From Octopus sinensis (lineage: Eukaryota): 64,000 nt of DNA. This document shows, piece after piece, positions 26,684-40,946 of the stretch; the first letter of the stretch is position 1, and every line of letters starts with the position of its first letter. The position numbers and the translations under genes are program-made. The notes beneath the pieces were generated by a model, which saw nothing but the letters and a program-made list of their open reading frames with translations, was not told the DNA's origin and did no database searches. Location: NCBI RefSeq assembly GCF_006345805.1, contig NC_042997.1:204414001-204478000 (forward strand). Direction: 5' to 3'.

Positions 26684-28777
26684 CAGGAAATATAATATTG
26701 AGATTCTGACCAGGGCATGAGATTATTCACAAGAATAAGACTTAGACTGATTTAAACACTTCCATTGTAAGAAACAACACAGCAGACTTCTTCAGCCTTG
26801 TTTCACAGAAGAAAACTTAGTTATAATCAGAACATGCAAGAAGCAAAACTGCAATCATAGTGGTTGAACCACTCAACCCAAAAAGAAAAGAAAATTAAAA
26901 AGGTTAAGTATGAGAGTATTTAAGAAAAAAAATTAAAAACTGACTGAAAATATTTGCATCACGGTTGTTATTTTGTTATTTCAGGCTTGATTTCTGAAGT
27001 TAACAAACATTTCTTTAAAGGTTTAAAGTAGCTTAATTGCAAAACTAGGGATCCTGGTTTGTGCTTCGACTGGTCAGCCATAAGTTTTAGGTTTTATACC
27101 AGTGAAGTGAGAATATCTTAGATATTTTACGTAACGATGAAAGTAAAAGGCAAGACCCAACATTGGCAGATATTGGGTGCTATGAGGAATTAAAAATAAT
27201 AGATTAAGTCAAACTCAAACTCACCTTGGTTCTTAATGATATAAGAAACAAAGGAGATAGACTGTACTTAGTTTCAATTTCCTGTTGCAAATATTTCAAT
27301 TATGTCACTAATAACTCTGGGAAATGTTTGAAGATTACTGATTCTCATTGCCTTTCCTCTATAAACTCAAAAACGCTGGGCCTATATTTCATAACCAAAG
27401 TATATAGAATCAATAGTTCTATATACATTTGCAAGGGCCTTGAAAGTAGCCAGCATGAAGTTAGAGTAAAGGTTGTCATGATAAGCAATAATAGCATTTC
27501 ATGTCTAGAACCAATTGAAGTCGCTGGAAAGGTCTGTGTTGGGATCTGTTTTCATAGAGTAGATCAGTCTACGTTTGCAGTGATTATATTTAGCTATTCT
27601 TCAATCTCACCCAATGCTTTAACTGAGAAGAAATATGTCAGTATTCCACCATGGATTGAAGCATTGCATTTGGAGTTTTCGTCTGGTCATTAATCTCTCC
27701 CACAGAAATAAGCTTTAATTAAAATATCTAATCAATGTCATCCAAGTTACTCTGGAGAGTCATGTCTTTATTTAGACAAATTAGGAGATGACTGGAAGTC
27801 CATAAGAGAGGTCTGTTGGAGTGTTTGAAATATTAGTTAATTCTTAATTATCTTATTCATTCTTAACTAATGTTAATGAGTGAAGGAAGAGTGAAAGAAT
27901 CTCGTTAAAACAACTTTTGTTCTAAAGCTACATTTTCTTTCTGTTAAGAGGTTTCATGAGTCACAGGTGGAGATTATGTAAAAGATATCAAACCAATAAT
28001 AAATCAATACACAAACACACGTACACACACACACAAATAACAACACTGACACACAGAGGAATTATGACAATCCAACCACATATTATTAAATAGGAGAGTT
28101 ACAACATGAATTAATTGTGAAAATAGTATCACCTAGATGTTATACCCTTATGACTTAGTAATATTTTGTATTCACTGACAACAACATCACTTAACTTAAG
28201 CATGACATTTACCTGCAGAAGCTCAGCCCGATGTCAAGAGATGACAGATTGCTTCTAAGTAAGTCAGTCACATAGGATCAAGCTATCCAAGCCATATAAT
28301 ATATGAGTGTGTGTGTATATATATATAGATATATATATATCTACTTCAAGTGTAGGGTATTCCATTAAGTGGTTGCTATAAATATCAATCAACTGGTCCA
28401 AACTAAGATATTTTCAGAATCAGACAATATTCAAGGATGAAAACTATTTGACACCTCCTGGTTTCAGACTGCTATCACACGTGGAATAAAGAGACAGGCT
28501 TCCAAAAGTTCTAATTACAAGATGATTAGTCGGAGTCCTTCCATGAAAGAATATTGGTCAGATGTCTTTGATGGGGTCACTCTGTAAGCTCTATTTAACG
28601 CATATAGTCCCATCCCTTTGGAGAAAAATGGTGCATGGTTAGAAGTATTGAAAATAGAAGTTAGTACAAAGTTACAAGATTGTGTGAAGTGTTAGGAGGA
28701 ACTATGGAGACAGAAAGAGATATGTAAATGAATGGTGTTTCATGGATATGCATTGCTAGGCAAAGGAATGACACCTG

Positions 28778-28811
<34 letters not shown>

Positions 28812-29339
28812 TTGTAGACATTTGTAATGGTTGGCTGATAATGTGTAGAGATGTTAAGAACTGGTAATTTGGTTATGTCTATCAACATGGATAAGTGTGA
28901 ATATAAATCGATGTGTGTGCAGGCATGTACTTATGTATGTATCATCATCATCATCATCGTTGTCGTTTAACGTCCGTTTTCCGTGCTGGGATGGGTTAGA
29001 TGGTTTGACTGAGGTCTGGAAAGCCAGTAAGCTGCACCAGGCTCCAATCTGATCTGGCAAAGTTTCTACAGCTAGACGCCCTTCCTAATGCCAACCACTC
29101 TGAGAGCATAGTGGGTGCTTTTTACATGCCACCAGCACAGGAGCCAGTCAGGGGGTACTAGCATCGGCCACATTTGGATGATGCCTTTTATGTGCCACCA
29201 GAACAGGGGCCAGTCAGGGGGTAATGGCATCAACCACGTTTGGATGGTGCATTTTACGTGCCACTGGCATGGGAGTCAGTCAGGGGGCACTGACCACAGC
29301 TGCTATTTTGGTTTTACTTGTATGTCGTTATTCAGTTTT

Positions 29340-30000
29340 ATTTCATGATTTCTTGCAAAGAGAGAAAGAGCCAATTTCTAATGTAGCCCCAAGGCTCTTT
29401 TGTTGGAATTTCAACATCAACAGTGTATTTTTGTATGTATGTATGTATATGTGGAGATTTGTATGTTTTGTTTCATGCATGTCTCCTCATACACATACTT
29501 CCATATCTGGACATGTTCATATATACTTAAGGGATAAACTTCTGGAAAGTTTTACAAATTTTTACAGTTTCAGTGATAGTTTGGATCTGTAGTCTTCAAA
29601 TCAGCTTTCCCCTCTCTGATTTTGAGAAGAATAATTTCTCCAGATTTGTATTTAGGCAGTGCGTTACTTATCCCAGTGCCCCAATAATTACAGGTATAAA
29701 TCTGAACCTGTAATCTGAATAGAGTAACTGCATATTTCTCAATAGTTCAGTATAGATATTCTCCTTTTCACTGATCTTCAGCTTTATGTTAACATCTGCT
29801 GGACAGCTAATTTCCACAACTGTGCACAGTTTCTCTTCTCCATCCCAAATCATTATATCAGGTCTGTTGTTCCTATATTTTACTGAGGTCTTCACTGGGA
29901 CATTCCACCGGTATTCCTTTTTATTATGAGTAGCCATGGCTTCTGTCATACTGTGGGCTCTTATTGCTTTATCTTTAGGGTTATCGTTTCAACAGATTTC
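29340..30000 (-). mobile_element. R4/Dong-type LINE 3' end with REL endonuclease
   Basis: ORF 29668-29949: NNRPDIMIWD...VEISCPADVNIKLKISEKENIY..L...IPVIIGALG. Confidence 0.85.
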
Positions 30001-30387
30001 ATTATGTATGTATGTATGTATGTATGTGTGTGAGTGTGTGTGTGTGTGAGTATGTATGCAAGTCTGTGTGTACATAAATGCCTGTTTGTATATATGCATT
30101 TACATATATAAACATACACACACATAAACAAATACATATTTGTGTGTATGTGCGTGTGTATATATATTTATGTATGTACAACTGTGCATCTGAATGAATA
30201 GGTGTTATATACATATGGTCAGGTATGAGACTTTGAACTTATGATAAGAATTATATGAAAGAAAAATTTGAAATGAGCAAAAAGGATGGAACAAATTTAA
30301 TGAATTTAACTGCAGCAAATTTATATACACATTCCTCTCACTCACTCTGTGAGTGTATGTAAGCATGTATATGAATGTGTGCCTGTT

Positions 30388-30423
<36 letters not shown>

Positions 30424-32029
30424 ACAATTTATTGAAACTGTATTTTTCAATGTGTTTATTGTACATGTGGTGTGTGTGTGCGTGTGTGTATGCATCTCAT
30501 CATCATCCATGCCTACCACCAACCTCACACATTTATATATATATATATATATATATGGAGAGAGAGAGAAAGAGGGAGAGATAGAGAAAGTTAGAGAAAG
30601 CAATAGATACATACACACACACACACACATATATATAAACACACACACATACACACATTTACACATACACATTCACAGATATATATTAGCTATTCCTTTT
30701 AAGGGTGCAGGCACCGATTCTACGTGACAGTTCCAGGTACCAAATAGCAGTTCAATCTCTCTCAAACTATAATTTTACATTTCAAAAAACAAAGGACATG
30801 TTGGAAAATGTAGTTCTAGATAAACAAAAAAGACAGGATGGTCATGGTAGGAATTCATTTGATTGCAGATCTGGGACTAAAAACAACAATAACAACAAAA
30901 GCAATTGATAAATGGCAAAGTTCTAGTGACTACCATTCTGGGCTAGGAAGATAGCAAGCTAATGAGGCAGCCAATATGTGGTTATTTGGCCAGCTAGAAA
31001 TAGCGGTAAAATCTCTATATAATCACATCCTACATTTTTAAATAATGAAGGATGCGTCAGATAATGTAAAAGAATTACACATACATACACACATACAAAA
31101 ACATTTATACACTCTCTAACATACAAACATACACACACTTAGATATTATTCATTAAATATTTACTGAAAGGATTTTAATGGAAATTTTGAAGTATTTTTT
31201 GAGATACTCAAGACTGATATCTTAGAGATGTTGTAATTAAGCTAATAACGATGAATAGTTCTGAACTTTTCAAATGATTAAGTTAATAATTGTTTTTGAT
31301 TTTGATACAAGGCTAGCAATTTGAGGGATGGGATCAAATCAATTACATCAACCCCAGAATTTGACTGGTACTTTATTTTACCAACCCTGAAAGGATGAAA
31401 GGCAAAGTTGGCTTTGACAGGATTTGAACTCAGAATGTAAAGAGCTGGAGGGAATGCCACTAAGCATTTTTCTGATGCTCTAATGATTCTGCCAGCTCAT
31501 TCCCTTGATGGTTAAATTAATAATAAATAACAAAGTAGTATTGTTAAGGATTCTCTATCAACTCAACCATCCAGAATACAAGAATATTGTATAATGGAGG
31601 AAAGCTTCAGACAATATCATTATTAATATAATAGGCGAATTATACAAGTTACAGAGTTTAAGATGGTAGCAATTATCAACATTTTAGATAATTTAGAGTT
31701 AGATCTTAAAATAGATCAGATAATTTAATAATATCTTTGTCTCCTTCACCTTTATATCTTTGGTACAAATTGTCATTGTTTGGAAGCAATCAGATTTGCA
31801 ACAAGAGGACGAGGAAGTGCATATTTTAGACTTTAACCTTGCTTATATGACATTAGCTCTCCGCAAAAATCTTTTGCATTAAAGTCTTACATCTTTACTC
31901 CTTGACATATCTGAGTATATTTTGACTCGAAGAGTGTGACTTGGCAAAAAAGGAACATTGCAACATTAAATTTTTACGTTATATATTTTATATAAGACTT
32001 TAAAATGTTTTACAACCAGTATCTTGAGC

Positions 32030-32600
32030 AACATCGTAAATAATATTCCTCATTTAGAAAAGATAATAATTCCTGATGACGTTAATGGTTGGGTTAGTTG
32101 TAATTATGTACTAGGACTAAAATGTTATTGGCAAAGAGGGCATGTGGAAGTGCAATGCAGATGGCATACTTCTACTTGGAACGAGTGCAGAACATGACCA
32201 GGAAGTCACCAACACACATTTTACACAAAACAACCACCATGAGACATTGTAGTACCAAACATTATCTCATCAGTGGTCATATGGCTATGTTATGGCTTGT
32301 AACTGTAGAGGAAACAACTTGAATATCACAAAGGTATATGTTGATGACTGCTGGGTAAATCATTGGTCTGTATTAAAGCTTAACTCTGAGCAGAAACACA
32401 GGAACCACAAGCAGATGCATCACAAACATATGTTTCAACCTTCAAAGGGAACAGTTTACAAACATTGACAGAGCATCTTTGAAGCTCACCCTATTCCAGA
32501 AAAGGTACATGAGGACTGGGATCATTTCAATCAGCAACCTCTGAGCTCTGCAAAGAAACAATTGGCTTTACAAACATGAAACACCAGGAATGTTTTAATT
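32030..32600 (+). mobile_element. Decayed RTE LINE AP-endonuclease fragment
   Basis: In frames not shown in the track: NIPHLEKIIIPDDVNG...VIGKEGMWKCNADGILLLGTSAEHDQEVTNTHF...DDCWVNH...CKETIGFTNMKHQECFN, matching RTE APE motifs (GDFN, G.CN.NG.LLL..CAEH, DCWTDH, KHQDWF). Confidence 0.75.
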
Positions 32601-35323
32601 AATCTCCTTCAAGGAAAGATCACTTCTCTCATTAATAAATACATTAAAAAAGATTGGCAAATAGACGAAATACCCTCTAGTAATAAGAAAACCTAATCTG
32701 ATTTCATTAACAAAACCAACACTCAGGATATAAAACTCAGAATTTCTTCAAATATATCAAACCACTTTACGAACCAATTTATAGAGGTCAGAGTCCAAAA
32801 TAGTCAAAGAAAGAAACAGAATATTCAAAGCTACAGAAACTAACAATTCCTGGTGTGTAAGCACCAAACAAGATTGCGATTTTAATAAGATTATCATCCA
32901 GGTTTCAATAACTCAGAGACTCAAGACAGAAGTTAATGTTTTGAAAATTTGGCTTTAAGAAAATTGATACCTTCTATTCAACAAATAGTAATAAAAATTT
33001 ACAAGTTGAGGTTTACAAACTTAGAGATGTCTTAGTTTGCTTATTATTTTTACACACTGTTTTTGAAATAAATTACAAACATGAGACATATTCCAAACGT
33101 AGAAGTCAACCATTTTCTACAACCACTCTTGCATGTTCAAATATAAAGTTACTCTCCAATAAAGTCTCTAAAAACTCCCTATGAGAAAGAAAGTAAACAA
33201 TTTAAGCTTTATGGAGCCTTATGACAAAAACAGTAATTTTATTTCAGTTACATCCCTAAAGTATTTGCACAGATACAGATTCATTATTTTTCTTGCAGAG
33301 ATGTGCCCTCACAAGTTCTTATGCATTTGCAATTTGATCCCCACATTGAAAATGTTACTCAGCCCCGATCAACAAAAAAGAGAAATAAATTAGACTGAGG
33401 CAGCTAAATGGTCTTGCCCTGATGTTGAAATCCTAATGAGTATTTTTTTTTTACTATAATCTCTATCAGAAGATCTACATCAGTTTCACTGTACATTGAG
33501 CCATCACAGGAAAACTACAGACCTAATCTTCTTTATAGGAGAAATACCAAGAAGAAAATCAATTCCAGTATATAGATTTTATTTAACAAATGTTGTGACA
33601 CCTTCTGAAACCTTTTATAAGTTTGTTTACTCAGAGAAATATTTTAAAATCCTGTTTAAAGTGAATAGTCCTGTACTATAAGAATTGGCATAATGACTGA
33701 GATACAATAACACATTTGACACCTTTGTTGAAAAAAGTAATTAACCAGGATTAAACAAGGTTACATTATTACTCCAGATCTAATCTCTATTTTCCTATGT
33801 ACAATTTGCCCTATGATCTCAGCTTATTTCCTTTTTGGAACTAAGAGAAGCATCTTAAATCAAAATCATGTAAAAACACCATCAGTTGTAGTTGAAGAAC
33901 CAGAATATGTTATTGGTTTTATAGTTGTCTGTGAAAACTCTGCTGTAAATTTATTGTCTTTGGTTCTATTGCAGAAATAAATACAAACAACACTGTGGTA
34001 GCTACCATCCAAGTACAAAACAAAAGTTTCAGTAAGCAATACCATATTTGATTTAATTACCTTATTAGATAAATTGCTCGAAATATTGATGCATAAATTC
34101 TATAGAAGGATTATCTTGGAAAGTTACAACTTCATAAAATTAATAATCAGGAAACAACAACCAAAACAAGGATTACTATATATGAAACAGCTGTGAAGAA
34201 ACTGAGACTGTATTGCAAAAACTATAAAAAAATAGACTTGAAAGTTCTTACCAAAGAAAGATCTTAAATGGATAAAGAGTTAAGTATCAATTTTGGTGAG
34301 CTTGTTATTAGGCTAGCATCATCAAACCCCAAAATAATAGTGGTAGAGGTTGTCATTGTCTTAATGATGGACAATATTAGACTGCAAAAATACACCTTTT
34401 ATTTCCATCTGAAAAAAACACCTGAGAACAACTCCAAGAAATGATCTCAATATCAACTCAGATCCTACCTCATTGGCAGGGACAGCCACAAGAACAATGT
34501 AAATATTTAGGGATTTTTATAGAGATGAGAAAACATTCAATATTTTGTGGTTGAACTCAAAGACCTTCCATTTGTTAAGATGTTAAGAATAGCTGACAAT
34601 GAAACAACAAAATCTTACATCTGACCCTCATGACAAAAAGTACAAGTCCCATAAAAATTGAACTTATTCATCCATCTAAAGATACATAAATAAAGATCTG
34701 ACATCATATCAAGAAGATATCTTATCAAATATAACCTACTAGATATCATTATGTCTCAGAGGATATCTTATACAATAACCAAGTAAGTATACAATATAAC
34801 ATAGTAGATATTTTACACAGCAACAACAAGGGATTCCATGATAAAATATTCAATACAAGAATAATTTCTAATATGATCAGGAAGGTGATGTGAGTACCAT
34901 TGATAATACCATTAGTTATCAAGGAGTTTAGTATAGTAAGAAGGATATGGAGGAGGCAGGGTGCAGGTAACTCCATTGGGCAGACAATCTTTGTATGAAA
35001 TACTTTAATGGAATGTTTAGAGACACAGACATACTAGTATGAAATGCAATGAGGAGAGCAGCAGGTGCATTGGATAGGTTGAAGCAGAGGATGAATGAAG
35101 CTGAGTCTAGTGCAGTAGTGAGAGCAGAGAAGGAGACATTGCAGATTGAAGGTTTAAATGAAAAAAGATCTATCAAATGTTTCGGTGATCAATGAAGGTT
35201 AATGACATTGGTATGTGAACAGTACACTACAGTACACTATTAGGAACTTGTAGAACATGAAGACCTGCATAAAGCAGAAGTATTTCTTGGTTCTAATAAA
35301 AAAAGAAAATCAAGATGTCTAAA

Positions 35324-35552
35324 CCCTTTAGCATTCAGATTACTCTGTCTAATGTAATGCTTATTTATTCAAATTGTTTTTAATTAATCATACATTATTT
35401 AATAGCTTTGAAATTTCAATGAGGTTTTTGTTTATTTTTAGAACAACATTGTTGGGGGAGTGTGAAAAGCAGGATCTGGTTAGTTTGAACATAAGACAGA
35501 TAGAATATTTAGACTGGATTTAAATATTTTAGCTGGTTTAAACGCTAAAGGG
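35324..35552. mobile_element. piggyBac-type MITE (second family)
   Basis: TAAA|CCCTTTAGCATT...AACGCTAAAGGG|TTAA. Confidence 0.75.
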
Positions 35553-37242
35553 TTAATAAATGACTAAATAATTTAGTGTCAAACATGTAGAAGTTCTTGA
35601 GATTAATTCCTCCACCTGGGTTAGAAGCCTGGTTAAAGCTATTTCCCTTCACACACACAGCTTATATTCTTAGGTACAGTGTGACAGTGACAACAGCTCC
35701 TCTTTAATAATTGCAAGGACACAAGTTTATCAAGAACATGTTTCTAAAAGTACATCCATTTCACCTGATCCCATAAAAAAAACTGTGAAAGGGACATTAG
35801 GGTTTGAGCTAAGTGATTTCAGTAAAAAAATCTCATAATCTGCATAATACTCTATCATAATACTTTACAGTTCCAAGAGGCAATCTCATGGATGCTCTGG
35901 AATGCATCATCAGTGATGTTTTTGGGGTCTCATGGGGCTTTATCTTTCAGCATCAGACTCCATTACCCATTTAACCCAGCTGAGGCTGATCAAGTCTCAG
36001 TTTGCATCCCAGGAATACTGTACAGTATCATAATACTGTACAAAGGAAATTCTGACTCTGCAAACTTATGATTAAAAGCATTTCAGCCATGACCATCCCA
36101 CCTTTTTAGGTGTGTACCTAGCTAATGTGTCCTTCATTTTTTTAGACAGTATAATGTAATCTGAGGAAAATCTAGCTGCTATTCCTAGCAAGTTGAGTGA
36201 TCATAAAGTTCCCTAGTTGGTTTGTGGGTGTTAATGTGGGTGGTGATTTTAGGGTGTAAATAAGGGTTGTAATTGTTGGAAGTGGGTTGTGGGTAGTGCA
36301 TGGGGAAGTGATTGTGAGAAGTGACTGTCAGTAGTGGTTGCGGGTATTAATTGCAGGTATTAGTAGTGGGAAGTGGTTGTGGGTATTGGTAGTGGGAAGT
36401 GAGTGAGGAACTCCAACCCTCCTATACTATCCTGGAAGGATCTAAACCTTAACACACTTTCCTATCATCTCTTCACATTCTAATTTACATATTCTTCCTT
36501 TATCCTTTACTCGTTTTAGTCATTGGTCAGTGGCCATGTTGGGGCACTGCCTTGTGAACTCGGCTAACATAAAATTGATTTATTGATTTCTTAGAGTGGA
36601 TCAGGCCACAAATATATAGGAGGTAGGTGGGAAGAGTTCTGACATTGATAATACCACTACATAACTGGTATTAGTACTTTCTTCACTGAACTGGGCGAAA
36701 TGATATTCAGTGTCACCTTTGATTTGAACCTAACCCCAGAAAGTGAAGACACAGAACTGTATGCTGTAAGGAATTCGATCCAATGCTCTACAGTTTCTGC
36801 TGTTCCACCATATCTAAGAGAATACTGAGCCATGATCATCAAAGCTGTCTTCGATTTTTCTCAATTCTATAGTTTTAAAATACAGGTAACTTTCCAACAG
36901 AGCACTGTTTCACAAGTTACCATAATCATCTTTTAACATCTATTTTCCATGTTGGCATGGTTGGAATGGTTTGACTGGAACTGGCAAGCCGGAGAGCTGC
37001 ACCAGGCTCCAGTCATCTGTTTTAGTTTGGTTTCTATGGCTGGATGCCCTTCCTAATGCCAACCACCTCACAGAATGTACTGGCTACATTTTACATATCA
37101 CTGACACAGGCGCTTTTTATGTGGCACTGGTACTTTCACATGGCACATGTACTTTTTACATAGCACCAGCACACATGCTTTTAATGTGGCATTAGCACCA
37201 CATGAAAAATTTCATATATATATATGTGTGTGTGTGTATGTA

Positions 37243-37553
37243 GAGGCGCAATGGCCCAGTGGTTAGGACAGCAGACTCGTGGTCGGAAGATCATGGTTTC
37301 GATTCCCAGACCAGGTGTTGTGTGTGTTTATTGAGCGAAAACACCTAAAGCTCCACAAGGCTCCAGCAAGGGGTGGTGGAGACCCCTGTTGTACTCTTTT
37401 GCCCCAATTTTCTCTCATTCTCTCTTCCTGTTTCTTGAGTAACGCTGCAATGGACTGGCATACTGTCCAGCTGAGGGGAACACATATGCCATAGAAACCG
37501 GGAAACTGGGCCCATGAGCCTGGCTAGGCTTGAAAAGGGCACATGAATAAATA

Positions 37554-37558
<5 letters not shown>
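37243..37558 (+). mobile_element. tRNA-derived SINE family B (tail type 3)
   Basis: Same head, followed by a different body (ctgcaatggactggcatactgtccagc) and an (ATAA)n tail. Confidence 0.85.
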
Positions 37559-37591
<33 letters not shown>

Positions 37592-39247
37592 TATATATAT
37601 ATAGAATCATTAAAAATTAATGGTAACTAAGGATGTCTCAGCCTTGAACTAAACTCTGTACTTAGCAAAATAAATTACAAACATTGTTTAAATCTCGTTT
37701 CATTTTTGAAGAAAGGAAATAACTTCCATGCAAAATTGAAAATATTGCATTTTCCTGTTAAAGATTAACTGATATAAACATAATTACTTTTAGTACAGAA
37801 GAGTAACATACAATGCCTTGCAAACAGTAATCATCCTATCAAAGTTGCCTGTTGCTCAAGATTGGCAAAATCTCACAAGTTTCATGTTTATTTATTTATT
37901 TATTTAATTATAGCTTATATTGTTAATTAAAGAACATTAGCACTGCTGATTACTGGTTTCTAACGGACCAATCTCAGAGAGGGTGACAAGTGAGTATCTC
38001 TAACTCAATACAGGAAAAATATATTAAGGGACTTTATTCGTAAGGCACCAGTTTTTTTTTTCAGTTTTGTTGTCTATGTTTGTATCTTTTGATGATATAC
38101 ATCAGTAAAAGCTATACATACAAGTGTCTTCTACTATGGCCCCAAACCAACTGATACCTTGGGAGTGGCATGTGTGAGACAGAAACTGTACAACGATTGT
38201 TGTAATGCATATTATATATCATCATCATCATCATCGTTTTAGTGTTTACTTTTCCATACTTGTATGGGGTGGACTGAGTTTAATGAGGCAGATTTTCTGT
38301 CTGGATGCTCTTCCTGTTGTCAACCCTCATCCATTTCCAAGAGCAAGGTAATATTTGCCTATTGCCAAACATATTTTCACAGACTTTTGGAAATGACACA
38401 CACACACACACGCATGCACACGTCAGGCTTTCTTCAGTTTCCATCAAGTAAATCCATTCACAAGTCATTAGTCTGTATGGGACTACGGTAGAAGAAACTT
38501 CCCCAAAATGCCATTCAGTATGTTGGGAAGCAAACTTCTTAACCACAAAGCCATACCAGCACCTGTATATATATATATATATATATACATGGATACACAC
38601 ATAGACACACATTTGTGTGTGCTGTGTGCAAATGCATGTTGTGATATTTCCCTTGTTACCAAAAGGTGCTGATGTTTCCATTTCTTGTTGACATTTTAAT
38701 CAGTCACTCTGCCCTTTCAAAGACATGTGTGGTAACAATCCCTTTCTTGAAAAATAGGTGAGGGTTGGCAACAGGAAGAGGATTATCTGGACATACAACC
38801 CTGCCTCAAACTCAATTACTACCCATGACATTCAAACATGGGAAAATGTATGTTAAACAAATGATTGACTCATCATCATCATGATTTAGCATCTGTTTTC
38901 CATGCTGGCATGGGTTAGATGGTTTTACTGGAACCGGTAAGCTGGAGAGCTGTGCCAGGCTCTGGTTTGTTTTGGTTTGGTTTCTATGGCAGGATGCCCT
39001 TCCTAATGCCAACCCCTCCACAGAATGCAGAGTGTGCCTTTTACACATCACCAGCACTGCTATGACTATGATTTCACTTGGCTTGACAAGTCTTCTCAAG
39101 CACAGTAAATCACCAAAGTTACTGAAGAAAATATGGAATGCTTCAGGAACAGGCATGTCTCCCTTGTGCAGGGCAATGTTAATCTTCTCTGTATTGTTCT
39201 AATTTTAGGATATGTATAGCTGAAGATATATATATATACATATATAT

Positions 39248-39542
39248 GGAGGTGCAATGGCCTAGTGGTTAGGGCAGCGGACTCGCGGTCGCAGGATCGC
39301 GGTTTTGATTCCCAGACCAGGCATTGTGAGTGTTTATTGAGCGAAAACTCCTAAAAGCTCCACGAGGCTCCGGCAGGGGATGGTGAACCCTGCTGTACTC
39401 TTTCACCACTCTTTCTCCCACTCTTTCTTCTGTTGGCCTGCTCGCTTAGCCAGCGGGGTGGCGTCATTTGAAGGCTAAAACAATGCGAACGCATTGTGAC
39501 CAGCAATGTGTAACAACATCTGATGGTCTGGTCGGTCACGTG

Positions 39543-39548
<6 letters not shown>
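39248..39548 (+). mobile_element. tRNA-derived SINE family B (tail type 1) inserted in (TA)n
   Basis: Intact tRNA-like head tggcctagtggttagggcagcggactcgcggtcgcaggatcgcggttttgattccc; same body as 2922-3220. Confidence 0.9.
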
Positions 39549-39592
<44 letters not shown>

Positions 39593-39782
39593 TAGGGATG
39601 GTATTATTAAAATACCATCACAAGTGGTAAGGGAATTATCAGCCATACAGGCAAATTAATAAAATATATACATACATTATTAATATGTACATATATACAC
39701 AAGGGTACTACATGAGTACCTATACCGCTAATGATAGAAGTGAAAAAATACTTCTGTGCCACTGAATAGTCACAAATCTATT

Positions 39783-39822
<40 letters not shown>

Positions 39823-40211
39823 CGAAACCAAAATCGAAATCGATCAACATCAATGGAATTTGTAGTTTTGTGGTACCAGTGCCGTAGCCAGTACTGCATT
39901 GACTGGCCTCCATGCTGGTGGCACGTAACAAACACCATCCGATTGTGGCTGTTGCCAGCCTCGTCTGGCACGTAAAAAGCACCATTCGATCGTGGCCGTT
40001 TGCCAGCCTCATCTGGCACCTGTGCAGGTGGCACATAAAAAGCACCCACTACACTCACGGAGTGGTTGGTGTTAGGAAGGGCATCCAGCTGTAGAAACAC
40101 TGCCAGATCTGACTGGCCTGGTGCAGCCCTTGGGCTTCCCAGACCCCATTTGAACCGTCCAACCCATGCTAGCATGGAAGGCGGACGTTAAACGATGATG
40201 ATGATGATGAA

Positions 40212-40242
<31 letters not shown>

Positions 40243-40857
40243 ATATATATATCATCATAATCCTTATCCACACAACGGGTTGACAGAATTTACTTCTCCT
40301 GGACTCCACTGACAAGGTATTGGCTAATATGAGCCTAAAGTAGAAAATGAGTGCCCATGACATGGGATCAAACTCATATCCAACTTGTTGCAAAACAAAA
40401 CTGCTTACCCACACAATTATGCCGACAGATTGAATCTACCCCCGAACAAACTTTATACTTGAAGTTGATTGAGGCAGAATTTGAACTCGGATATTGAGGG
40501 ACACAACAAAATACTGTATGGTATTTACTCTAACATTCCATTATTTCTACAATGCCACTTTTTCTTCAAAAAAAAAAAAACCCAGTTATGGACGAATAAT
40601 GACCAAGTAATGGGTAATTTGGAATTTGAGGAATAAAATGAAATAAAATAAATTGTAATAAATTATTATACTTATGCAGATCTTATATCTAAAGTTTTAA
40701 GTGTGTGAAACTACACGGATAAGAAGCAAGGATGGAGAAGCTGTTTGCAAAGTGTAACAATTGATGGAGTTAGTAAAAGCCTACAATTTGGCTGAGAAAT
40801 GATGAGATCATGAAAGGGAAATTTCCTCTAATGTTACATACATACATACTACAATTA

Positions 40858-40946
<89 letters not shown>

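Noticed and set aside
39248-39320. tRNA gene
   Set aside because: The tRNA-like head continues into a SINE body present in several copies.
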